DNA of 53,744 nt, from IMG/VR virus record IMGVR_UViG_3300023174_000218, positions 1-53,744 of that record. One strand, given 5' to 3'. The notes beneath the pieces were generated by a model, which worked only from the letters and a program-made list of their open reading frames with translations, searched no databases and had not been told where the DNA came from. This document shows positions 18,988 to 27,206 of the stretch, one piece after another. This DNA is from a virus (Duplodnaviria; Caudoviricetes). The position numbers were made by a program, and so were the translations under genes. The first letter of the stretch is position 1, and each line of letters starts with the position of its first letter.

Positions 18988-19304
18988 TACGCTATCTCCA
19001 CTCCTGAGATGTGAAAGTTAATTGTTGTTGCTGATGCTCCACCAGTAATGGTGTTAGTTGTTGCTAATACTTGCTTAAGGTCAATATAAACCGTTGAGTT
19101 AGCAGAAATAGCAGTGGTTGTATGTAATGCCACCTGTCCTGCTGATGGACCCATAGCCAATGTAAATGTACCAGCAGAGGCTGCTGTATTAGTTACTGCT
19201 ATATTGCTTACTACTGTAGTAGTTGAAGCAGGAACTGTATATAATATAGTTGTTGTAGTTGTTGTTGCTGCTCCCCTAAAGAGAGCCTTAGTTGTTGTAG
19301 CCAT
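18987..19304 (-). CDS. small beta-sandwich fibre adaptor protein
   Basis: LYTVPASTTTVVSNIAVTN...FHISGVEIA. Confidence 0.65.
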   Translation of the reverse strand: MATTTKALFRGAATTTTTTILYTVPASTTTVVSNIAVTNTAASAGTFTLAMGPSAGQVALHTTTAISANSTVYIDLKQVLATTNTITGGASATTINFHISGVEIA

Positions 19305-19323
19305 TAGTTACTACCTTTCGTTG

Positions 19324-19698
19324 TTAGAGTGCGCCCATAAGGAGCAGTGTTAGTTCGTCTATTACGCTCCCTGGACCACCTGCTGCGGTTAGGTTAATAT
19401 CACCTGATGCAGTTACTGTTCCAGTTAAAGTTGGGGCTGTTAAAGTTTTGTTAGTAAGAGTTTGTGTACCTGTTGAGGTAACATCACCTGTTCCATTAGC
19501 AGTCCATGCTGATCCATTGTAGGTCTCAAGGGAATTTGTACCAGTAAGGTAAGAAACCATTCCAGCAGCCAAAACTCCTGAAAGAGCTGTGGTGCGTGCA
19601 GAAGCATCGGCAAAAACCATAACTGTCTGATTCATTAAATAAGAATTGACGTTTGCAGCAGTAAGAATCTCACCACTATTAAATATCTTATATGCCAT
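19324..19698 (-). CDS. short tail fibre protein
   Basis: GEILTAANVNSYLM...GMVSYL...YNGSAW...TQTLTNKTLTAP; hydrophobic C-terminal motif ELTLLLMGAL. Confidence 0.7.
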   Translation of the reverse strand: MAYKIFNSGEILTAANVNSYLMNQTVMVFADASARTTALSGVLAAGMVSYLTGTNSLETYNGSAWTANGTGDVTSTGTQTLTNKTLTAPTLTGTVTASGDINLTAAGGPGSVIDELTLLLMGAL

Positions 19699-19710
19699 TG
19701 ATTTTCCTTA

Positions 19711-21018
19711 CTATGATAACGTTGAGGTATTGAGTATACCGTAAGATGAGCTGTCGAGAATGAATATATCGTTAAAAACATTAATATTAATTTTGGCAAA
19801 AACAGCCCCTAAGGGAGATAGTTTTCCATTTCTTCCTGAGTCTGAAGCCGTAGTAAATTCTTTAAAAGCAGTGGTAGTAGTTAATCTAGGGCCTTCAGCA
19901 GTAGTACCCAAAGAATTACCAAATTGATCATACCAAGTGATGGTAGCAGTAATTATTTTAGAGGTTGTATCGTGTCGTGCCCAGCCACTAAATAAATAAC
20001 GGGTATTTTCTTTAACAGGTATACTGTTGTTTTTTATATCAAGTCCTGAAGCAGGCAGAGACATTGCTAATGCAATTATATCTGTGCTATTTACTTTGCC
20101 TAACCCTAGATTTTTTGCTGGATAGCTGGTATCAACAAAGGGTGTAGGGGCAGACATACCCTCAATGGTGTAAGTTGATCGGGTAAGAGTACCAGCAGAA
20201 ACTCCCCAACGCCCTACAGATTCTTCAAAAGAAGAGTCATTATAGTCTAACATCATATTGTGACCTAAAGAATAATTAGCATTCCAGTGAGTTAATGCAG
20301 TAGTATAAGTTTCTAATCCTAAAGAAGTTCCCTTATATGAATTAATAATATTGCCTGTAGCAGCAATAGATCGGTTGTAGATATCTCCTAAAGCAGCTTC
20401 ATACTTAAACCCTAAACTTGTACCTTTATACTCTAATAGAGAACTGGGAGTATAAAAAGAATCCCATGAGTTTAACAATAGTTTTCCTTGTACTCTCATG
20501 TAGTCGTACATAAAAGAAAAAACGCCTAGGGTAGTTACTAAACTATTATCTCCATAGTTTGAAAAATCTTCTCCAACATTGTTATCAGAGTTAAGCCAGG
20601 TTTTAGGTAACCAATTACTAATTTTAAGTAAAGAGTTTTTATTTCCAATTAAAATTGCATATGAACTGCCACAAAATATCCAAGAACTTCCATTAAATAA
20701 CCAAATAGAATAAGAAACTTCTAAGTCTTCTCTATCAGTAGAAACATCTGTATAAAAGGTACCAATACTAGAGTATGAGCCGCCATCAAGAAAGGTTCCT
20801 TTAGCAGGGTCATCTAAAGTACCTGTATAACTTTTAACCAAAACCCAATGCGTAGGTGATGGGTCTGTAGGGTCTGCTGTAATTGGATCCCAATTAATTG
20901 AAATTGTTTTATAGTCACTTGATGTAGCAACGATATTAGATTGATAGTAAACGCTTACTACGGATGTTACACCGTAACGAATTCCAGAACCATATCGTTT
21001 AGTACCATATTTTGCCAT
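19711..21018 (-). CDS. baseplate wedge/tail protein (P2 gpI-like) with a truncated CBM-like domain
   Basis: Follows baseplate J; FN3-like N-terminus, LPK..LN, SYKGTSLGL; DSSFEESVGRW begins a CBM-like domain. Confidence 0.7.
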   Translation of the reverse strand: MAKYGTKRYGSGIRYGVTSVVSVYYQSNIVATSSDYKTISINWDPITADPTDPSPTHWVLVKSYTGTLDDPAKGTFLDGGSYSSIGTFYTDVSTDREDLEVSYSIWLFNGSSWIFCGSSYAILIGNKNSLLKISNWLPKTWLNSDNNVGEDFSNYGDNSLVTTLGVFSFMYDYMRVQGKLLLNSWDSFYTPSSLLEYKGTSLGFKYEAALGDIYNRSIAATGNIINSYKGTSLGLETYTTALTHWNANYSLGHNMMLDYNDSSFEESVGRWGVSAGTLTRSTYTIEGMSAPTPFVDTSYPAKNLGLGKVNSTDIIALAMSLPASGLDIKNNSIPVKENTRYLFSGWARHDTTSKIITATITWYDQFGNSLGTTAEGPRLTTTTAFKEFTTASDSGRNGKLSPLGAVFAKININVFNDIFILDSSSYGILNTSTLS

Positions 21019-21021
21019 TTA

Positions 21022-22770
21022 TTATATACCGCCAGTAATTGTAGTGACTAAACTACTAGCAAGAAGGTATGGAATTTCATTTGCAGCAAGCGTAATTGTG
21101 CCAACAGATCCAGAACCATTTTTAGATAGTTGAGTTACTGTTGCTGAAACTACACCTTCAACATTTTGAATAGCTGAAGTAATTGTAGATAAAGGAATTG
21201 TTTTACCAAAGGTATTTTGATCATAATAAAATAAACCGGTTTCACCAAGCATAGCTTGATAAATAGCCAGTTTTATATCTGAATTTTTATACGCAGGGTC
21301 TGCAGTTATTGTTGCTGAAATGTAAATAGGCACATATGTTGGGGGAAGAACAGTTACTGTTGTTCCAGCTAAAATTTTATCGTCCATATATGTTTGAACA
21401 GCATATGCAAGATTAGTCCAAGAAGATGTGGGAGTTAAAGAAATTGCTAATCCACCATTTACATATGTAGCAGTTAAAGTACTAGCAACAGTAAACGTTG
21501 AGGTTGAAGGAACTGCTGTAATAACTGCTCCCTGTAAATTATAAGCAATTGGATTGATACCTGAAATATTTAAAGTATTGCCAATAGCAAATCCATGGTC
21601 TACATCTGTAGCAAAAGTTACGGTTGTTCCTGTAGTAGCAATACCAATAATATTTGCTTGAGGGTATCCCGTAGCTGCTTGTCCATCATTCATTGGTTGG
21701 ACATAAAGGTTTACACTTGTATACACACTTGATGAGGCATTAGATTTTCCTACACCTTCTGCAAGATTTGCTAGATAAGCATAGTCTTTTAAAGTTACAG
21801 CTCTACGACGTGTAAGAACAGCAGCTTTAATTTTATTTTTAATGTCTTTTGTTGAGTCTCCGTCAGCCCCACCAGTTGCCGGAGCACTGTTAGATACAGT
21901 AAAGTAAGTAGTTACTTGTGGATCTAGATTTCCAGGAAAAAAAGTAATTTCTGTAATAGATAGGGATTTAATATTTCCTGCAGCACCAACACTAGTTTTA
22001 TAGGTTGCACTAATTAACTGCCCACTAGGTGGAATAGAACCATTAATTCCGTCACCAAACTGGATATTAACAGACCCATCTTCATTAGGTGTTGTTGTAA
22101 AAACTTTACTTGTAGGACCGGCTTCAAGAATATTATCTATATACGTCCAGTTACCAAATGCAACTCCTTGTCCTACATAAACCGTAATAGATGGATTTAC
22201 AACTCCTAGGTCTGTTATATTAAAACTTTGATTTGCTGTTCCATCAGATGAACCTATGTTTGCAGGTAGAGCTACGTTATAGGTACTATCAATTAAGTCA
22301 GGTTTATCAGTGTTTACAGTTTTTCCCTCTTGACATAAAAGAGTAATTGCTGCGCCAGGAGCTACTGCTGTAGCTGCTGTAGTTGTTTCAAAGTATACTT
22401 CTGAATAAATACCAAAAGAAAGTGGGGCCATTACCTGAGTACCGATAGGAATATCAATTGTATTAGAACTAACATTAGTAAACGTTACATATACGGAAGC
22501 CGGTGTAGGACCAGAAATATTATAATCATACAACTTAGCAAAAGATAAAAGAGTACTGCGTTGAATAGCAGTATCAATAGTAGTTTCATTTGCAATACGG
22601 TCTAAATAATGGGACATAATATCTCCCATATAGGCAAACGTTTCTACCAATACGTGCCCTAGATCTGAATAATCTGTTGGGTCCCAGGTTGTATTAGTGC
22701 GCTCTTTAATTAAGGCAATCAAATCTGCTTTTAACGCAGCAAAGTCTCTAGATGTATAGTCAATTTGCAT
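21022..22770 (-). CDS. baseplate J-like wedge protein
   Basis: IDYTSRDFAALK, SDLG..LVE.FAY.GD, IQFGDG..G.IP, ATGGAD, RAVTLKDY. Confidence 0.9.
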   Translation of the reverse strand: MQIDYTSRDFAALKADLIALIKERTNTTWDPTDYSDLGHVLVETFAYMGDIMSHYLDRIANETTIDTAIQRSTLLSFAKLYDYNISGPTPASVYVTFTNVSSNTIDIPIGTQVMAPLSFGIYSEVYFETTTAATAVAPGAAITLLCQEGKTVNTDKPDLIDSTYNVALPANIGSSDGTANQSFNITDLGVVNPSITVYVGQGVAFGNWTYIDNILEAGPTSKVFTTTPNEDGSVNIQFGDGINGSIPPSGQLISATYKTSVGAAGNIKSLSITEITFFPGNLDPQVTTYFTVSNSAPATGGADGDSTKDIKNKIKAAVLTRRRAVTLKDYAYLANLAEGVGKSNASSSVYTSVNLYVQPMNDGQAATGYPQANIIGIATTGTTVTFATDVDHGFAIGNTLNISGINPIAYNLQGAVITAVPSTSTFTVASTLTATYVNGGLAISLTPTSSWTNLAYAVQTYMDDKILAGTTVTVLPPTYVPIYISATITADPAYKNSDIKLAIYQAMLGETGLFYYDQNTFGKTIPLSTITSAIQNVEGVVSATVTQLSKNGSGSVGTITLAANEIPYLLASSLVTTITGGI

Positions 22771-22772
22771 GA

Positions 22773-23162
22773 TTACCTCGTCATTATTCCGTCATAGTTA
22801 ATTGTGCCAGTGTTAATTGTTAGAGAAGTAAGTGTATCATCTGGCAGCTTTAAAGACACAATTACATTTTCCGTACCGTTAAAATTTTCTCCAGCAAACT
22901 CTACTGCGGTCACGCTAACTTCTGGGATCCAGGCTGCAATTGCTTCTGAGATAGCAAGCGGAATAGCAATTCGGGCATCGCTGTCATTTTCAAACAAGGA
23001 CCTGCTCCAATCAACTCCATAAGTAGGAAGCATTGGGCGTTGCCCTACATTGTAGGACAAAAGAGTTAAAACACGATCTAAATAAATTTTAGTAGCCGAT
23101 GAGGTAGATTCAACTACTCCAAAAGGACTAATAATATAAGGAAAACTTAAAGCTTGATTCAT
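22773..23162 (-). CDS. gp25/W-like baseplate wedge protein
   Basis: LSFPY...LLS...GQRPMLPTYG...EAIAAWIPEV. Confidence 0.85.
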   Translation of the reverse strand: MNQALSFPYIISPFGVVESTSSATKIYLDRVLTLLSYNVGQRPMLPTYGVDWSRSLFENDSDARIAIPLAISEAIAAWIPEVSVTAVEFAGENFNGTENVIVSLKLPDDTLTSLTINTGTINYDGIMTR

Positions 23163-23755
23163 GACTGTACTCCTATCCATACTGGATAATCAGGATCTCC
23201 TGCGATAAACATAACCCAAACTAATTGATTTATTGCCGGAACAGTTCGGTGAAAAGTATGTTCTGGCGTTTTAAGACTAGTAGAAGAGCTAGTAGTTCCA
23301 GGAGCACTAATACCACTAGCAGAAGTATATGTGCTAGTTTCTTGTGTGTCTGTTGTAGCGGTAGGAGATGCCCCAACAATGCCCTTAGTTACCATAGTTT
23401 TAGTAGTTGTATGTGGATGGTTTAATTGTCCCCCACCACTTTTAGCAACAACAGTCAAGGCAGGAACTGTACCTCCGCCAGTACCTCCTACAACTCCTGT
23501 TGAAGTAGTAGTTAGTAAAGCTGCAATCTGTGCAGCAGTATGCGGTTGATGATCTGGATGGTAAGATGAATCTGTTATTGGTAAACAAGCTTGAGCCCAG
23601 TTATGAGACTCAACTCCAGTAGGTCCATAAACTAAAATTTGTATTCTATTTTTCTTTAATGGGTCTGCAACACTAGTAACTTTTCCAGAGTATAGTCCAT
23701 AAAAACGAGGACGACCTTGAGGGTCCATCATATATTCAGTATCATATTGAGTCAT
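23159..23755 (-). CDS. baseplate spike (gp5/gpV OB-fold) protein
   Basis: YGLYSGKVTSVADP...RIQ...WA...C and VP.....VWVMFIAGDPDYPVWIG. Confidence 0.85.
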   Translation of the reverse strand: MTQYDTEYMMDPQGRPRFYGLYSGKVTSVADPLKKNRIQILVYGPTGVESHNWAQACLPITDSSYHPDHQPHTAAQIAALLTTTSTGVVGGTGGGTVPALTVVAKSGGGQLNHPHTTTKTMVTKGIVGASPTATTDTQETSTYTSASGISAPGTTSSSTSLKTPEHTFHRTVPAINQLVWVMFIAGDPDYPVWIGVQS

Positions 23756-24366
23756 CGCAAAACCTTTCCACTACTAGTAGCAGACCATTGTACAGTTTTT
23801 TTAATTCCACCGATATTTGGTGCACCGTTTTTAAAGGCTGTACTGCCAGCAACCAATGGTACAGAGGTTTGAGATTTATTTTGAATAGCTGTCTTAGCAA
23901 AAATTCCATAACTTGGGTTAATAGAAGAAGCATTAGGGGATATAGTATATTCACTAAGTTTAGATTTTGAAGAAGTTAAAGACTGACCAGCAAAATCACT
24001 TTGAACATCTCTAGTATCAGATCTAGTCCTAGCTTTAGGGTCCACATCTCCAATAATGTCAGTTCCTACCTCAATATTTAATATGTAATTTGCTACACGT
24101 CCGCCAAAGACATGCTCTACGGAAAGAACTGTCCAATATCCAGACATGCCATTAGGCAACCCATCAAGATATATTGGGTCATATGGCCGAAGAGTTGCAT
24201 GTCCAACTATAGATACTTTTGCTCTATGCTGATATCTATTAGCGTTATTAAAAGATTGAGCAATCTGTTTAGAATTTGTTAAGTCTTTAATAACTTCATG
24301 TGGATGATGTTTTTTAAATATTGCTGGTTGGGTACCATTAGATTTATTAGATGAAAAATTACTCAT
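23752..24366 (-). CDS. baseplate hub, C-terminal part
   Basis: RAKVSIVGHATLRPYDPIYLDGL...SGYWTVLSVEHVF, typical of the gp27/gpD C-terminal barrel. Confidence 0.7.
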   Translation of the reverse strand: MSNFSSNKSNGTQPAIFKKHHPHEVIKDLTNSKQIAQSFNNANRYQHRAKVSIVGHATLRPYDPIYLDGLPNGMSGYWTVLSVEHVFGGRVANYILNIEVGTDIIGDVDPKARTRSDTRDVQSDFAGQSLTSSKSKLSEYTISPNASSINPSYGIFAKTAIQNKSQTSVPLVAGSTAFKNGAPNIGGIKKTVQWSATSSGKVLR

Positions 24367-25232
24367 TATTTAGCCAACTTTTTAGCAAAGTACGTTTTGT
24401 TTGGGATAACTACTCCTGGATTACCTTTTTTAGGTGCAACATGTGGATGAGTAGTCTTTACTACAGAGGCTGTTTTATTATTAACTCCGCTAACAACCCT
24501 GTCTATACGCAGTCCCATCTCAGGTGCTTGATCAGAAATAATAGGTTCAAACGCTATAATTGTTCCAGTCATACGTAATTCACGTGGCACAACCCCACCA
24601 ACCTCATCATCAATGTAATCAAAGTAGGGTGCAGACATTTTTTTACTTTGATAAATTTTATCTTTTGATACAAACGTTAAAGTTGTATTTTCTACTAAAA
24701 GGGCAAAACCATTTTGTTTGGCCAAACTTCTGCACAACTGCCAATCACTTTGTCCTGATTGAGTTATCTGGTCACGTACTCTAGGGTCTCTTTGAGTAAC
24801 AGCTTGCATACTATGTTTTTTAGCAATCTTACTTATGACTTGATCAGAGGTTGTATTTTTGTATACTTTTTGATCAGTATTTTTTAAAACCCAAGACGCA
24901 CCTACGCATACAATATCCATATTTCCACCCTGCCAAGAATTGTTTTGACGAACGTGGTGAATATATCCATACCAAGTTGAATTAAGTTTTCCTGAACGAT
25001 ATGTAAAAACTACAGGATCTCCTGATAGTAAAGCCTCCTTTTTAGTTGCAGGCTTACCTTTATAATGCAGTACAAGACGGTCATGTTCTTCAGGATCTTG
25101 GTGCAATTCAGCACCAACTAAAATAAGATCCATGTCAGAAGCTTTTGGAAATGTGGCCGTAAAATCGCTATCTTTTGCATTAGAGTTCCATACAAAATTT
25201 TTATGGGCAGGGCTATTTTGATCAATTGCCAT
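24366..25232 (-). CDS. baseplate hub (gp27/gpD-like), N-terminal part
   Basis: WYGYIHHV, IVCVGASWVLK, IAKKH, QSGQSDWQLCRSLAKQNGF. Confidence 0.75.
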   Translation of the reverse strand: MAIDQNSPAHKNFVWNSNAKDSDFTATFPKASDMDLILVGAELHQDPEEHDRLVLHYKGKPATKKEALLSGDPVVFTYRSGKLNSTWYGYIHHVRQNNSWQGGNMDIVCVGASWVLKNTDQKVYKNTTSDQVISKIAKKHSMQAVTQRDPRVRDQITQSGQSDWQLCRSLAKQNGFALLVENTTLTFVSKDKIYQSKKMSAPYFDYIDDEVGGVVPRELRMTGTIIAFEPIISDQAPEMGLRIDRVVSGVNNKTASVVKTTHPHVAPKKGNPGVVIPNKTYFAKKLAK

Positions 25233-25503
25233 ACGGAATCCTTAAAATAGTTCCTTCTTCAATATCAAATGGGTCGTCAATTTCAGGATTAATCTCCATA
25301 ATTTCCCACCAATATTTTGCTCCTACCCCAAAAACTTCTGATAACCTAGAAAGGTTGTCTCCATTTTTCCAAGTATAGGATATGTAATTAAGTGTTCTGC
25401 TATCTGGAAAACGTCTAAATACAGAGATGACATAATCACCTGTGTATTTATCAGGGGTTTGAGTTAAAGGTCCCTCGTAATATCTTGATACTCTTTCTAT
25501 CAT
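25222..25503 (-). CDS. LysM/tail-X-like baseplate protein
   Basis: YTWKNGDNLSRLS...WWEIMEINPEI.DPFDI..GTILRIP. Confidence 0.85.
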   Translation of the reverse strand: MIERVSRYYEGPLTQTPDKYTGDYVISVFRRFPDSRTLNYISYTWKNGDNLSRLSEVFGVGAKYWWEIMEINPEIDDPFDIEEGTILRIPYGN

Positions 25504-27206
25504 CCTGGTGCCTTTTCTGTGCTAATTATATTAGATTTAATAACTCCTGCTTTAACACCTTCTCCAAGACCAGTAGCAGTCCATAAGGCAGGGTAACGAA
25601 CAAAAGTAATACTTACAGTACTAAGCATTGGAATCATGTTTAAATCAAACATCACATGGTTTACATTAAGACTTGCTACTGAACCAAAGTACTTTAAGTT
25701 TTTGTTTAACTGAAGCCAACAAGGTGTGGCAGTAGTAAATCCAAAATCTGCTGAAGCACCGTTGTATTCTTTATCAAATAACAAAGGTTTGTTTAATGGG
25801 TCTCCATTTAAAACTCTATACAAAAATTCAAGATCATACTCCGTACCGCGATTTAAAATGCCTTCTTTTTCATAGTCTTTTAATGTTCTACCATATAACA
25901 TGTCTTGAGAAACTTTAGGATTTGACATGCGTAAGTATTTTAAATCAGGAATTCTATTTAAGTATAGTTCAAAAGTTACGTTAGAGTTACCTACAAGCAA
26001 TGTAGCAGGATCTTTTGCACCTAAAGTCCAGTCTACAGAGTTATTAGACGAACTAGAATAACTAAAAGTAGTGGGATTATACATAAATCTAAAACCCCAT
26101 TGATTTGATGAGTTTGAAATTATGTCTGTAGTTGCTTTTAATTTTTCTGGGTCTCTATTTAAAGCTTTAGCGCCATTTACATCTTGATAAATTAAACCAC
26201 GTTCTATTGTTTTTTCAGGAAAAATGGCAAGGTCTTTAAACTTATCACTATCTTCATACTCTGCTTTTTGTCCCATAGACGTTCTAGATTTGTTATCGTA
26301 TGGAGGAGGATTATACCTATAGGCGCCTTTTGGTACATAAGTAGGGACGTCTTTATAAGTAATGTCGGTATTAACTGTAGACGATATAGATTTATAAGTT
26401 ATATACTTAGAAGCAACTTGTGCATTCCATTTATCTATGTTTGCTTTACTAGAAAGATCTTTAAGTAAATTAGGTGTATCTAAAGCTTTACAATCTTCTC
26501 CATTTAAACCACAAGTCCATATTTCATCATAATTTTTAGTTTTACGATGCACTATAAAATACCAAGTTTTATTATCTGTTGCAGATATATCATATTTTTT
26601 AATAGTTAATTCAGCATTAGAAGTAGTTGATGTTGAAATCCCTGATAATTGTGGACAAGCTTTAATTGCTGTTATAGGAAATGTAGGAGGTTTTTTTGCA
26701 GTACTCCAAATAATGTTTGGTGCATCATTAGTAGTGTTGTCAACATTTCTCCAATTTATTTGTACATTAGATAAGTTAGAAGAAGCAGTGCTTTTCCAAC
26801 CTATAGTAAATGTTGGAGTATAAGATACTGCACCGGTTGTTGCTCCGCCTTTACGGGTAAAAGCAATCTTAGTATGGCTTTTACCACTAACTGATTCGTC
26901 AACAAATTTACCTATATTAACAAAGGCAGCTCCTTCACCGGATGTAAATTTTAAGTCAAATCCAGCCGGACCATTATTAGTTGAAGGAACTATAGTTCCC
27001 TCAAGCGGATAGGCTTTTCTCCAAGTTGTAAAACTTGCATTTTCAGTTTCATAAACATCAATTAAATAATATACTTTATATATTGTATTAGTAGTTATAG
27101 AGTCAAATTTAAGTTCTTCTTTTTTTAATAGTTCACTTACTGAAAGATCAAGTGTACCTTCATCAATATAACGTCTAACATCTGCATAATAGTATTTAGT
27201 AGGCAT
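25500..27206 (-). CDS. tail tube initiator-like protein with a long N-terminal extension
   Basis: C-terminal WGFRFMYNPT...FELYLNR...GTEYDLEFLYR...VNHVMF...MIP; sits between tape measure and LysM genes. Confidence 0.6.
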   Translation of the reverse strand: MPTKYYYADVRRYIDEGTLDLSVSELLKKEELKFDSITTNTIYKVYYLIDVYETENASFTTWRKAYPLEGTIVPSTNNGPAGFDLKFTSGEGAAFVNIGKFVDESVSGKSHTKIAFTRKGGATTGAVSYTPTFTIGWKSTASSNLSNVQINWRNVDNTTNDAPNIIWSTAKKPPTFPITAIKACPQLSGISTSTTSNAELTIKKYDISATDNKTWYFIVHRKTKNYDEIWTCGLNGEDCKALDTPNLLKDLSSKANIDKWNAQVASKYITYKSISSTVNTDITYKDVPTYVPKGAYRYNPPPYDNKSRTSMGQKAEYEDSDKFKDLAIFPEKTIERGLIYQDVNGAKALNRDPEKLKATTDIISNSSNQWGFRFMYNPTTFSYSSSSNNSVDWTLGAKDPATLLVGNSNVTFELYLNRIPDLKYLRMSNPKVSQDMLYGRTLKDYEKEGILNRGTEYDLEFLYRVLNGDPLNKPLLFDKEYNGASADFGFTTATPCWLQLNKNLKYFGSVASLNVNHVMFDLNMIPMLSTVSITFVRYPALWTATGLGEGVKAGVIKSNIISTEKAPG

